Part shown: piece by piece, positions 39,501 through 52,162 of the stretch
Numbering within the stretch: the stretch's first letter is position 1
How the letters are laid out: each line of letters begins with the position of its first letter
The notes under the pieces: model-generated
Told to the model about the DNA's origin: nothing
The model's input: the letters and a program-made list of their open reading frames with translations, nothing else
Database searches by the model: none
Made by a program: the position numbers and the translations under genes
Origin: Dimorphilus gyrociliatus
Taxonomy: Eukaryota > Animalia > Annelida
Assembly: GCA_904063045.1 (NCBI GenBank)
Contig: CAJFCJ010000003.1
Location: 248,001 to 312,000 of the forward strand
DNA: 64,000 nucleotides
Reading direction: 5' to 3'

Positions 39501-42131
39501 TCCTTTTTCGTATCTAATCCTGCATTCAAGTTTCTCAATTTTCTCAATTCAATTTTCAAAGTCTCCCTCTCATCTTATAAGCCTCATAACAGTCCAGTCG
39601 AATTCAGTAACGCTTTTTTTTTATAAAGAATTTTTTTGGGTCGTCGAATTAGCCATGCAGTAAGGAGCAACATCCTTCGCTAAGTAATAATTCTCACCGT
39701 ACGAGAGAGTGAGCTGCTGGAATTAGACGTTTCCAACAGCCTTCGTTCTTGTTGGCTTCCTCTCATACAAAACTCAATACTTTTCTATTGTATCTTTCTT
39801 TACCAAACAGTTGAAAATATATGTAACATTATTGTAAGAGACGAAATTGAAGATATCTGTTAAATATTTGCTTTCTCTCCTCCATCTCTCATTCTTCATT
39901 ATCGTTGTTTTTTTATTTTTCATTCGGCAAGGAAGAGCGTATTAAAATATTGGATTGTTGACGGTTTAGCCATTTTTTTACGAGTACGGAGATAGAGGAG
40001 ATAAACGCCTAGTATCTTCTTTCTTTTATATATTTATTACCGTGTAAAGTAAAAAAATTTTTCATTCATCTATGCATATATTCCACCATAAAAAAAGACA
40101 GTAACAGTAATACAATCAACTACTCAATACTTAAAGTTATGCTTTGTATAAATAGAGAATATATTGGATATAAAGAAGATGATACTATTGATAAATCTTG
40201 TAAATTAAAACGCCATCTACGGCCTTTGAAAACTCTTAACGAATATGTGTTACATTTAAAATAGATATAACTGTTTCTCCTGTCATTAGTATCTTATTGC
40301 AAGAACGAAATGCTCAATTAATTTAGAGCATAAGGAATTTTTAATAGATGACACAAGATAAAAAGAAGCCAAAAGGAAACATACTATACCATCTGAATTG
40401 ATGTAGATACTGAATATTCTAGGGAAAACAAAGAAGAATAAGAGCACTTTAAAGAGGAATATTCGATTTTCATCTTTATAATAATTCTTCTCAGTAAAAT
40501 TGAAAAACCATTTTTTTCTTTTCTCTCTTCCCTTTTCTGTCTGTTAATATGTCTTATTTTATCTCTCTTTCTTTCTCTCTCTCTCTCTCTCTCCTTCTCT
40601 TTCTTTCTTTATTTCTATTCCTCGTATGCCTATATTGTAATTAAAGAAAAGATGACATATTTTTTCACGCTTTTATTCTTGAACAAAACACTTTGTTGTT
40701 TAGTTCCTTCTTTGATACCTGCTCATAGCGGAATAAATCGCATTCCCTTTTGTCAATCTCACTACGAAAGGATGTTATCGATCAATTTATTATCATATAT
40801 AGAAAATCAATGAACTGCAAAGTTATCCGACTCTTCGATCTAATCCAAGCAGATAGTAAAAACTGTTGCAATTGTTAAATATCGATTTGTTTATTTTGCT
40901 TTGAGGTTTATTTCTTGATTTACCAATTGGGTGGACATTGTTCAAATGGACGATTCTCCCTCCACTCAGGAAATTAGTTGCACAGGGAAACCGTTTCAAG
41001 TAATAGCAATCGGATATTCGATCGTTGGGTACATTTACAAAATACGGACTATTCTTTACCTAAGGGCAAGTTCTTATCTAAAGCTACCTAAATGGCATTA
41101 TCAGAAGACTTTGCTACAAATTTTAATGATTCAGAATATTAATAGGCATAATTTTAACCCATTAAAGACAATCAATGAGGGCTGGTCACTTAACCTTTTA
41201 TCATCATCTCGTTTTTTGTCGTTGTCCCTGTCTCTCCTCCTCTCCTTCTTTATCTTCCCCTCTGTCTCTCTCTCTCCGTCACTTTCTTAATTTTATTTTA
41301 AAATCTAAATGAAGCGTAATAAAGTTTTCTTATTTTCTTTCTCAGTTAGAATATACGGTATACTATATATGTATTGAGGGAAAGAAGGTCTTGAAGCTTA
41401 TATTCTTTCCCTTAGCTTCTTTTTTTCCCCCTCTCACTTTAATCATCTATTAAAATGCACTATCCCTTTTATTCGGTTATACGAAATGAAAGAAACGTAA
41501 AAATAATTGCAGATTATTCTTCATAGTCTGTGAAATTCTAGGACATATCTTTCTTGTTATTTAAAAAAATTTATCAACAAGAAGACATAGAGTTTAGTAA
41601 TTTTCTATATAAGTACAACATAGACGTGGCTATAGTACGTGCGTAAGTACGCAGTTGAATTAACTTGTTCTGTTGGATATAACCGATTAATTGTAATTAA
41701 AGACTTTAAAGAAAACAGATTTATTCCTTTTTGCCAACTGGTTTAGTTTTTATGTATCTAATTCGAACTTTTTTTTTACTTTGTTACAAGGAATATCGTA
41801 TCAGTCTACTGACTGCAAAGTGTAATTTAAAGCTGCATGATTTTAGAGTTTTAAAAACCTTTTTCTTCCACTTTCTATTTTAGCTCTCTTTTTTTTTATG
41901 TCGAAAATTCTAGAGTGAGGAAGTGGAAGAGAAACTGCTCTAAAAATACTAAGCAAATGTTCGCTTACCTCTTGTTCGTCGTTTGATCAATGAATCTGGA
42001 CAACTCCATACTCTAGAACGAGGAACAACATCGTCATCTTCGTCGTCGTTTCGAAGACTTTGAAAATTTCGATTTTTCGTAAATTTCATTAAGATCGGAG
42101 ACCAGATATAACGTTCTAAATCGCGCGACAT
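8014..42131 (-). CDS. Dbl-family RhoGEF (DH-PH), PLEKHG5/6/7-like; 18-exon model, ~1130 aa
   Basis: Hand-spliced exons, 5' to 3' on minus: 41969-42131, 34768-35094, 32100-32403, 26736-26935, 21202-21272, 20754-20870, 17930-18065, 15140-15280, 13651-13796, 13069-13233, 12768-12965, 11596-11887, 10090-10205, 9910-10003, 9657-9745, 9388-9520, 8862-8959, 8014-8616. All are GT-AG, phases match and the total is 3393 nt. The product has a low-complexity N-terminus, then DH (ERKRREAVWEFFRSECVFLVDH...RLQLTDLLISPMQHCTKVPLLL) and PH (RQLLHEGPLTL...MYMFLFDDILLLTRVK). N-terminal exons are less certain than the DH-PH exons. Confidence 0.85.
8862..10205 (-). CDS. RhoGEF DH end and PH-domain exons (10090-10205, 9910-10003, 9657-9745, 9388-9520, 8862-8959)
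   Basis: LLHEGPLTLL, YMFLFDDILLLTRVKK, VVHKQPIALDRF and NAFVIVHISRFQQIIGVYTLQA lead into the C-terminal helix AIWMTHLKE in the last exon. Splice phases are consistent. Confidence 0.9.
11596..13233 (-). CDS. RhoGEF DH-domain exons (13069-13233, 12768-12965, 11596-11887)
   Basis: They translate contiguously to EAVWEFFRSECVFLVDHIMVLKH/CFMEPLKKVQVEG...LFNNLDEL.../YSQLSRDGEVYHNYCLNY...FEKWCESDIRCHRLQLTDLLISPMQ, i.e. Dbl CR1-CR3 patterns. Two of the three exons are absent from the ORF track. Confidence 0.92.
14666..14714. repeat. (AT)n microsatellite, one of many (also ~19791-19829, 27539-27570, 36541-36575)
   Basis: Direct reading of the sequence. Confidence 0.9.
20927..21084 (-). CDS. Candidate alternative (mutually exclusive) RhoGEF exon
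   Basis: Acceptor gttttag (21085-21086), open phase-1 frame ASRRLKMQSY...LLRKKKS, and donor TCT|GTAATG in phase 0. These are the same in/out phases as exon 21202-21272. Confidence 0.5.
23808..23889 (-). CDS. Candidate internal first coding exon of the RhoGEF (MRWSVLCKAIIGFNSSNRAKSSSYRKI)
   Basis: ATG at 23889 is open to a consensus donor T|GTAAGT (23806-23807) in phase 1, matching the acceptors at 21272 and 21084. A GC-rich promoter-like patch lies ~100 bp upstream. Confidence 0.5.
23950..24060. promoter_or_regulatory. Putative internal promoter: full CRE plus ETS-like site in a CpG-rich patch
   Basis: TGACGTCA at 23996-24003 and CCGGAA at 23984-23989, locally GC/CpG-rich in a very AT-rich intron, just upstream of the candidate exon 23808-23889. 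Confidence 0.4.
37992..38349 (-). CDS. Probable alternative first (or cassette) coding exon of the RhoGEF
   Basis: The 120-aa ORF MSLQALISK...YKLAKSG ends at TCT G|GTTAGC, a phase-1 donor matching the phase-1 acceptor at 35094. It is GC-richer than the surrounding intron. Confidence 0.7.
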
Positions 42132-45100
42132 CCTCGGTAATTTGTCTAGAATACAAAGAGAAGAAGATTATATTAAAAAACAAGAATACGTTATCATTAC
42201 ATTTCGATTTGTTTAGTACTTAGTATATTTGTTAAAGCTCTAGAGAAAAACGTTAAACATCGATTTATTCCTATATACAAAGATTTTCAAGTATTTCTAC
42301 AAAGTTATAAAAGTATAATATTAATAAAATAATGAATTGACAAATATATTTCATTAAATAACAGACATTTATAGTTTTTTACTTCTAATTAGGTTAATTT
42401 GATTTTTTAAATAAACTAGAGGATTATGTCGATTATGTTGTCATTTAAAAGATGAGGTGACTCTGTTCGTCTGTATGTCAACATCTACATTTGAATCTGC
42501 AGGGCATAACACAGACTCTTCTTCTTCCTCTATACAATCAATCTATTATTATCACCGTTTAATAGTAAAATGTATGCTATTTTTAAGATTATTTTCTTTT
42601 TATATTCTTTATCTTTAGTCTTTTCTCTCTCTTTGGTTTATGTTAAATCTTGATATAAAAATATTGATTATTCTATATTATAACATTTATGTCAACATCT
42701 TTTAAATTTTCTAATGAACTACTTTTGCGACATAAGCAGACAATTTACTTATAGTCGAAAATAGCTCTGAACCTAAAATACTCGTCTCTTTTAGTCCCTT
42801 TCTTTGTTATAAAATGTTTTAATAGTCATTTTTTTTATCATATAGGAAATGATCGAATTTTTTAAAATGTTCTTGTTTAATTAGGTAAAGAGGATAATAA
42901 GGATTGTTACTATAATAGAGATAGAATGCATATATCTTTAATCTAGTTGTTAAACAATTTACATATTCAAATCGTTTTGTTTTTTATCTTAATTTATTAA
43001 ATGAACAAATAATAAAGATAACCTTTATCATAATGCTCTTCATCATCTCTCTTAACAGATGTTTAATTATAGTCAACGAAGAGATTTTTAATGTATTTAG
43101 AGGGCAAAAACTAACGTAGAGTATGCTAAGCGGCAAAAAAGATCAAAATAATCATTGGAGTGTATACGATAAAGCTGGTGTAGTAAAGTCGTACGCCCTT
43201 ATTATTGATATGTTTTGTACAGAAATATCTAGATGACATGCAACCTTGTTTCTTGACAATTAGAAAAAGAACAGCTAGAGAGTATTTGAGATAAAGAGAA
43301 CGACTTAAGATGAAAAAGTCTAGGGAAGACGGTGAAAAGAGACAAAAAAGAAAAGATGATTTAATATCTCATAAACTGTCTTAAACGTTTACAAGTTTTA
43401 TGTTGCCTATAAAATTATGGAAATAAATATTTCTTTTCGTAATCTTAACTTGTTACCGGAGAACATTCGACATTTTAAATGAAAAATTAAGCCTTTAGTT
43501 CCGGAGGATGAGCACGAGGTATAGAGTTAACAAAATGCTATAAATTACATGCAACATGTCATATTTAGACAATAACAACAATAATTATGATAAAAATAAG
43601 TGAGAAAAGAAAGTAAATTTTCAATTAAGAGGAAGTTTATAAAAAGTATATACTGTATATATATATATACAGAATATATCTGTATATTGTACATATTAAA
43701 CAACTGGCGAATTAGCATGCAAAATCGGCTTTGACTAATTGACTGACTAACAAATTCTTTATAAATCTTGTTTTATTCTATCTTCGTTTTGAAAATAAAC
43801 TGGGACAGCTTTGAAAAATTGTCTTTGTAGATGCGTCATTATATGTACATGAGTCGTATTCAATAAACTATCGATAAAATACACATATGACTCCATTGTG
43901 GTTAAGAAAAGTAAGAAATGTGTAGTAAAGTAGTTATTGATGTGTTTCTATCCCTACTAAACTTTATTAGTATGAGTGGAAAAAAAGTCTATTGTACTGT
44001 TTAAGCTGATTGTAAATATCTTTATTAAACCTATTTTAACTCTACATATTTTTTTTACCTAATGTCGTACTTTCTTCCATTCTTTTATTTATTCTAAGAG
44101 ACCATTAACTCTCGAAAATGATAAAAGATTGAAAGAGGAAGAAGAGGAAAAAGAGGGGAAAGGAAAAGAAGAAAAAGAGATAGAGCGAAAAAAAAAAAAA
44201 AACAACAACCAACTAAGAAAGATGGAGCAAAAGAGAAGAATAGGGTTAATAACGAATGAATATAAATTAATTAAAACGACTTAAAGAGAAATATTTAAAT
44301 ATTTTTTTTACAATCAGTCTCCTGTTGCTGACTAATAAAGTCAAATGTCTAATTTTGCCTACATGCAATCGAATTAAAGCCAAAAATCTTTGAGGAGGAA
44401 GCCGTTGCCGAACAAGATACCTACATCCTCTAAGGTTTCTACTCTATTAATTTTGACTACATTCTACTAGGTGGAGTAATTTGTTTTTTTGACCTTTTAA
44501 TCGACCAATCTTTAATTTTCCCTTATTCATCCTCAATGTGACATCGTACACGTTTTATTACCTATTGTATATCTAAACGAGTAATGTTTAAAAAAGTATG
44601 CTAAGGGAGGAGGAAATATTATTAGATTTATTATTAATGAGTGAAGAATTTCGGGTAAAAGACTCTTATGGCTTTTTAGGTACAAGTGTTGTTAATCCAT
44701 TCTACGGTAAGAGAATATTATCACTAAAATCCAAGACCTTACTCTTATTTTACTATTGGAAACAAAAATTGCAGTTAGGCTTCTATAAAACTATATTGCA
44801 TTACGGAATTGGAGATGTTGGTAATAGACGGCTAATTATTTCAACTTTTGTCGTTGTGGGAGCAAAAACCACATATTATTGGTAATGGTTCCGTCAAATT
44901 GTATACTAGAAACATATATTCTATACATATACACATTTATAAGGACACTATGTTTTAATTATACACTATTTAAACAGGCAAACTAAGGAATGTTATTTAT
45001 CACTTTTCTTTCTTTGTTTCTTTGTTTCTTTCTCTGTTTCTCTCTCATCGTTTGACCTATAATTTCCTTAAAGATAAAGCATATTTCAACTGTTTCCTTA

Positions 45101-45623
45101 ATCATCTAAACGTTACTCTATCTTAATGAATAATCATTAAGCGAGATTACATCGCAGTAATAATAATTTACTATTATTATTTACATACATAAGTTTATAT
45201 ACTGTTTACAGCTTCTTCTCTTTATCCTTATTAATAAAGTTATCTTTCTCAAAAACAACAAAAATTTGATAGTTAATGGTAATTCTCAACAAGGTTTATA
45301 CAGTTTATGTATATATTCTCCATACATTTGATGACACAGAACTATTTACCATGCAATAGGCCTCTCCGCAAGTCTAATAACTATACGTTGCAACAAATTG
45401 TAAACTGTAAAAGCGTACAGTTATAAATACAGTAAATGTGACGTATATACAGTATATATTTTACTTTTACACATATATTTACTATATACAGAATATATAG
45501 ATATATATATATATGTTATATATATGTTATATATATATATACAATAGAAAATTAGATTTCAAACATTCTCTCTTAGTTCTCTTTACCTTTAAGATTATTT
45601 TGATAATAAAATAAATTATTTAC

Positions 45624-45776
45624 CTGAACTCTAACGGCTTGATATAACTTATTTTCTATCGTTTTGCAACTGAATAGAAGTCGATATACACAATCTTTCT
45701 TCAAAGTAACTTAGTGAAAAGGAAGCGTCACTCGGGCGTCGCATGGCGGCGTCTAACCAAATGGGTTTGATTAATG
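45624..45776 (-). other. Candidate 5' leader exon of the RhoGEF containing a 31-codon uORF
   Basis: Acceptor cttacttgcag (45777-45778), donor CAG|GTAAAT (45622-45623), and GCCGCCATG at 45744 open to TAA at 45649. Confidence 0.4.
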
Positions 45777-46927
45777 CTGCAAGTAAGATAACCTGAAGAT
45801 GGCAGTTATTTTTTGTATCGACATTTACTTACAAGCCACCTGTTTATATTCAATGACTACAATGATGTAGGGTGAAAAAATTCTAATTCCTATACATCTA
45901 ATAGAAACATGTACTGTAAGAAAAACATTAAGTAAATATATTGCTATATAACAATCAAAGCTTTATATATATACATGTTATAGTCAGTCCCCATGTATAC
46001 TGTATATACAATTTTATTACATAGTCTTTTTCAGGGTAAATTTTTGTCTATGTACTCAAATACATCAATACAAGTATAACTGATATTTTAGATGATTAAA
46101 CAGTATATGGGCATTGTCAATTCGTATTTAGAGACTTAAAAACTCTTCACATTCTCTCTCCACTGACTGCCTTACTGTTACATAAATTATACCTTTGAAC
46201 TCTATTTTAAGTAGATATATTCAAATTAGCCAAAAAGTAAAATAGTCAATTTGTGTGCATATTTCGTTAACTTTTCCTTTTGTCGTGTCTCTAACCCCAA
46301 CTTTTTCTTTTTTTACCATCATTCTCTCCACTTCAAAATAGAGTAGAAACGAAGAAACAGAAACTTATTAATTGTAATGTAATAATAAATTTTGCCTTTA
46401 ACAATCCCTTTCCTTATAAAGTCAGTATACCCTTTGAGGTATTCAGTAGCGACAATTTTCTTCCCTTCAGATGATATAAACAATTCTTTTTCATTCTTAG
46501 AAAAACCTCGTCTATTCTTTTTATTATTGTTTCAACCCAATTTATATTTATAGGCCGATTTAATTAAAATTAAAAGCGTTTTATTACTTTTACACACATT
46601 TTTTATTATTTCACGCAATTTATTCTTTACGGAAAAGAAAAAAACTTACTTAATGTGTTTTTCGATTTAAAACCTTTTTCGGGTAGGCCTAAAATATTAA
46701 TTGGAATAAATTAATTTATTCATTTGAAAAAATTCACCAAAATATGAGATTGCTGTATATACTAATAGATACGCCTACTTTCTCTTTCCTTAAGTTATTG
46801 CCATAGATGCATTATACCTTATTCGAGTGAAAATCTGCAATTCCCCAAATTGGTATAAACTAACAGGAATAAGAGAGAGACACAGGCAGACAGAGACACA
46901 GACAGAGACAGAGACAGACAGACAGAC

Positions 46928-46964
<37 letters not shown>

Positions 46965-49900
46965 TAAGAGACACTAATGCTCTGATACTGTAATAGAAGA
47001 GTAGAGGAGAGAAGGGGGTGAGAAAGATTTGTAGGCACTCTGTTTATTTTATTCAGTATCTTCAAAGTTACTTAGAGGTTTCTTTGTTTTTTTCAACTTT
47101 TCTATGAATAATTGAGTGGTTTTTTAAAAGATACCTCTTTCAATTATTAATAGTTATCAAATATTTTGCTATAATGCACAGACTAAAGAATACTGAATAA
47201 AGTAACTAAGGGAAAAGAAAGAGGCGGTGGTGGTGGTGGTGGTGATGGGGTTAGGGGGAGGGTGGGGGGGAAAAGAAGAAGATGGAATTATTAGCGAGTA
47301 AAACTTAATAAAAGGATATTTTCTACATGCATTAGAAGGTTAATCAATAGTGAGTAAATATCCTTTTCAGTATATATCATATGCTTTAATTGACTACTTG
47401 TTGAACGATCTATGAAATTACTATAACTAACTTATTAAAATAAAGCCATTCTTTAAGAAAACGGTATGAATGGAAAGTTGTTGTTGGTTTGTATTGTGGT
47501 TGAAAAGAAAAGATAAAGAGAAGAATAAAGTGCGAAATTTGGAAGGTTAGTAAGGACAAATTAAAGTTAAAACTATTTATCATTTGTACACAAGATTACG
47601 TTTTGCTTTGAGGGAAAACGATTAACATTATTATCTAGTCAGGAAAAGAGACGCTTAAGGAATAACTTGGAAAAGTATAAGTGGAAATGATCGGATATTA
47701 AAGAAAAAAGTAGAAATAAATCATAAGTTTCCCTTTAACTAAATTAGATAATATCATTTATAGTCATAAATATTATGAGTTTTTATTACTAAAGGGGATA
47801 AGCCTCTATCTCGTTTAAATACTATAGAAATAAATTAAAGAAACAAAGGATTGGACAATACATCTCTTTTAACTTTATTTTATCATTATAATTTATTCAA
47901 ATTTATTACCATATATCACTTGCTTTCGATACGATTATTAAAGGGAGAAACAACGGCAACAGATCGAAATTTACCCGTTCAAATTGAATACAAAGTAAAC
48001 GTATTGATTCATTTGCACCTAATAAAATGTAATAGTGTAAAAAATGAAGGAAAAATTAACATACTTGTATTGATAGATTTTTGTAGCTATTTAATAAAAT
48101 TTTATACACTAGAGTGCCTCTCTTTGCACGCAATACGTTAATGTACCTGGAGGCTCTATGGCGGCTATTTACCGTTTTCTAGTATCTGTCTTCAGAAAAT
48201 CAATACGACTGAAAAAAACGTGTTTTTATGGTCCTTACTCTCACTTACTCCTTAGCTCTCCTAGTCACTCACTCGCTTACCATTTCTTTCTATTTGCCAG
48301 TTTTATTCGCTACCTCGTTCCTTCTTTGTTCTTTAATTCCTTCTATCCATCCATCCATCCATCTATCTGTCTATCTATCTATCTATCCCTCTGTTTGTCC
48401 CGTTCTCCCTCTACTTGATTTTCTTTCTATCACTACCGCCTTTTTGCGAAATTATAATTATTTTTGCCCTTTACTCAATGCTAAAGTTTTTTGTTAAGTA
48501 TATATTTATTATTATATTTATCCATCAGTCAAACTGGATTTTATTTATTTTCCAGTCTCTCTTTTCTATGTAACTTGTCAATTTTGTTCTTTTTCTTTTT
48601 CTTTATACTTAATTTTTAATCATTCTTTACACTCTTCCCCTTAAAGAAATCACTTTTGCATAAAAAAAACATATAATAAAAATCCACTTTTAGTAAACAA
48701 TGATAAATATATTCATTTAAAATAATCAATAATTCATTAATAGACTTAATCAATAGTGTGTTTTACCTTTTATTCTTTCGTTTTTTAGACATTTCATAAT
48801 TGTAAAAAATATACTTGAACCATTTAAAGATTTTGAACAATTGTTTGTTTATGTTGTTTACAAAGTTTAACATTACCGTACGCATTCATACACACACACA
48901 CACACATACATACACTAACTATATTTATAAGATATTTTAATATTTGCACCGAGGGCTGGATTTTGTCGAAATACTTATTTTTAAGATTATACTTTTCCAT
49001 TAAAATAAATTGATTAGTCCTTTAAAAGTTGTTAATGTTGTTGTTATGAGTAATAAGAAAAAATGTAGAATAAAGAAAAGAGACGCCTCGAATATTTAAT
49101 CAAATGGAGACAAAATTAGATGCTTGATGAAATATTAAAAAGCGAGATTGATATGTTAAAAATGATAGAAAAAAGTGAAAGAGTAAGCAAAGTATTTAGT
49201 TATATAAATCTTGTAACATTGTACAATTGTTAATTTACTTTATTCTTGATATTCCCTCTCATGATTGTCTTCCATAGGGAAATTTTAGGGCTTTTCATTG
49301 GAAAATGAAAACCACTGAGGAAAATTTATCCCAGGGTGTACAGAGGAAAACAACAATTTTATTATATTTGATAGTAGCCCGATTATATAGCAGAGAAAAA
49401 TAAAGGGAAAGCGCGTGATATTAGAGGGAAAGATGCATAAAATATATCTTTTATTTATCCCTATAATAAGGCCTATATACCGAATATATATATATACATA
49501 TATACTATATACATAGCAATTTGTGTGTTTTACTATTGCTCCTTAATTTTCGTAGCGAGAATTTCAATAGGAATTCAACGCATAGTATAAAATAACAGGA
49601 AGAGCAACGGAAGTAACTAGCGATCAAATCATAAATACAAACGGCACACCGCATAAAAAGTAATAATAATGATAATTCATAAGGAAGGCAACCGGTACTA
49701 TCCGGCAAAAATGAAGTGTGAGAAAGAGGAAATGTCATTAAAACTCTACATAGTTCTTTCCCTTAAAACGCATTCTCTTCTATCTGTCTCTGCCTACGTC
49801 TCTCGGTCGTCTTCCTATCAGTTGATTAAAATATACTGTAAACAGTATATATATAAACTGTATATAAACTACACGTCTGTAAATTTTATGTCATTTTTTT

Positions 49901-50558
49901 GTCTGCAATAAAATTGCAGTTTACATGAAAGAGAGTTTAAAGTTCAACTTGTTCACTTATATATTCAAAGAGATTATTTATACTAGTATATTACATATCA
50001 TACTGTCTATATAGAGTTTGCATACTATATATAAGTTTTTAATAAATATTACCCATAATTAAATCATTATATACACTATACAGTATATCCTAAAAAATAT
50101 GATTTATGCTTATATGCTACACTAAACCTATATTACATAAACTTGCTTAGTTTTAGTCTTCAAAAACCTTTCTTTGGATTGACGCATTTTTTTTTCACTT
50201 GTTTTTCTGCTTCAGCAACTGGTTCTAATCTAACTTTCATGCCTTATCCTATCTCCTCTTTAGGTTGATTTTAATATATAAATACTATATATACAATATA
50301 TATGTAGAGAGAGAGAGATTGTCTATGCAGGAAAATCTCGCCTAAAACTACAATAAGAAGCTGTTTCTATGGGGTTTTATTTCGGGGAATGCAAGTTGGT
50401 TAGATAGTCCATTTATTTATATATAGACTAATAGTACGCATTAAAAATCTTGATATTAACGAAAAGAGAACAGTTCTATAGTATTAGTGTACTTAAGGAA
50501 TATTCTGATTAATTAGAAAAAAAGCCCTAAAAGACTATAATAGCGTTAATTTATTATA

Positions 50559-50780
50559 CAGTCGCGATATTAAGTAATTATAAGAAGAGTAAAAATGTCT
50601 AAAAATCAAAATATTTTGATTTAGGAATAAAGTGTATGGTTGTGAATATTTTTTTCTATAGGATAGATGACTTGTGAAACATGATGGAAAATTTCAGATA
50701 AATATCTATATTTTAAGAATCAATTTATCTTTCTTTTTTACCATAAATATGAATTTAGACAGCTATTAAGTAATTATAAC
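50559..50780 (+). repeat. Left terminal inverted repeat of the Tc1 element (outer and inner direct repeats)
   Basis: Outer CAGTCGCGATATTAAGTAATTATAA and inner GACAGCTATTAAGTAATTATAAC. Aligns end to end with the reverse complement of 51941-52162. Confidence 0.9.
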
Positions 50781-50890
50781 ATCATCATTATGACCTCATA
50801 ATTATGAGTAGTATCATTGAAAAACAATTTGGTCTACAAATATTGTTCCCTTGAACTTACAACATACAATTCTTTTGGAAATATTAAAAA

Positions 50891-51850
50891 ATGCATCAGC
50901 TATCTTTAGAAATCTGCAAAGATATCCTGTTCCACTTAAGCAGGCCAAAATTGACCATTCAAGGCATAACAGCAAAATTTAATTGCAGCCCAGTTACAGT
51001 GCAGAATATAAAGAATCAGTTCAAGCAATTTAAAACAATAAATGACCTGCATATGTCTGGTAGACCACATAAAATCGCCAGCAACTCACAAGAACATGTA
51101 GATCAACCCAAAATCGACAGCTAGAGGTATTCTAGAAATACTGAAATTCCTATTCAGTATCACTATCTAGTGTGAAAAAAATCCTATGTAAGTACAAACT
51201 TCTATGGCAGAATTGCTGCAAAGAAGCCAGCCCTAAATAGAAAGCAAATTAAAAACAGAATAGAATTTTGCAAATAAAAACTTAAATGGAGTTCAGATAC
51301 ATGGAGAAAAGCAATGAAAGCAAGATTAAACTGGATCTTCATTGTTAGGTGGCCAGTTGGTAAAAGAGATGATCCAAAATATACAACTAAAACAGTAAAG
51401 TTTGGTGGTGGTAGCATCATGGTCTTTGGATTCAAAAAATAATAAGGAAAGAGAGGACTCTGCAAGGTTCCTACTAGAATGAATGCAGATGACTATATAG
51501 TTATACTCTCAGAAAATGTGTTGCCTACCTACAAATGGGGAGAAATTTTCCAGCAAGATGGAGTGAGCTGCCATACAGCAAAAAGAACTATTGCATACAT
51601 CAAGAATGAGATGAAAATGCTAGAAAACTGGCCTGCAAATAGTCCAAATATTAACATTATTGAGCCCATTTGAGGTATTTGCAAGAAAAAAAGCATGCTC
51701 AGACAGCCTAGAAATTTGAAAGAGCTGTGGGAAATTTTTGAGAAGGAATTTTTCAAAATATCAAATTTTGAGATACAGGGATTGTATGCCTCTATTGAAA
51801 GGAGGCTAAATGCAGCAAGAAAGGCAAAAGGCATACATACCAAGTATTAA
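50891..51850 (+). pseudogene. Disrupted Tc1 transposase
   Basis: Fragments: HTH with SGRPHK, RIAAKKP, TVKFGGGSIMVFG, FQQDG...WPANSPNINIIE (34 residues between D and E), and KGIHTKY*. There are frameshifts and stops, and the first catalytic Asp segment (FSDES-type) is missing. Confidence 0.92.
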
Positions 51851-51940
51851 ATTTGAAAATTTTATCATTTACAATCATTTGCCTATCTAAAAATGTATAA
51901 GTAAAATAAAAAAAGTACTTTTGATGGACCTGATTGATTT

Positions 51941-52162
51941 GTTATAATTACTTAATAGCGGTCTAAATTCATAGTATTGTAAAAAAAAGAGTGAAAAACT
52001 GATCATTAAAATATAGATATTTTAAAAAATTTTGCCTGATGCCTCATAAGTCATCTCTCTTACAGAAAAAATTATTCCTAACCATAAACTTCATTTGTAA
52101 ATCAAGATATTTGGAATTTTAGATATTTTTACTCTTGTTATAATTACTTAATATCGCGACTG
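51941..52162 (-). repeat. Right terminal inverted repeat of the Tc1 element
   Basis: The reverse complement matches the left TIR. The first 25 nt are identical and the spacer is roughly 80% identical by eye. Confidence 0.9.

Larger units (their letters stand above)
50559..52162 (+). mobile_element. Tc1/mariner (DD34E) DNA transposon, IR/DR type, full length 1604 bp, non-autonomous
   Basis: TA-CAGTCGCGATATTAAGTAATTATAA... at 50557 and ...TTATAATTACTTAATATCGCGACTG-TA ending at 52164 give a TA target duplication. TIRs are ~222 bp, each with an inner copy of the terminal motif. A decayed transposase lies inside. Confidence 0.93.

Noticed and set aside
39690-39770. Short minus ORF MRGSQQERRLLETSNSSSSLSRT ending at a GTGAGA donor
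   Set aside because: The phase-0 donor does not fit the phase-1 acceptor at 35094; only a very weak acceptor near 38388 would accept it.
29002-49911. Non-repetitive short ORFs 29002-29280, 40931-41290, 44598-44885, 47851-48141, 49505-49738 and 49669-49911
   Set aside because: No motifs and no convincing splice context; lengths are compatible with chance.
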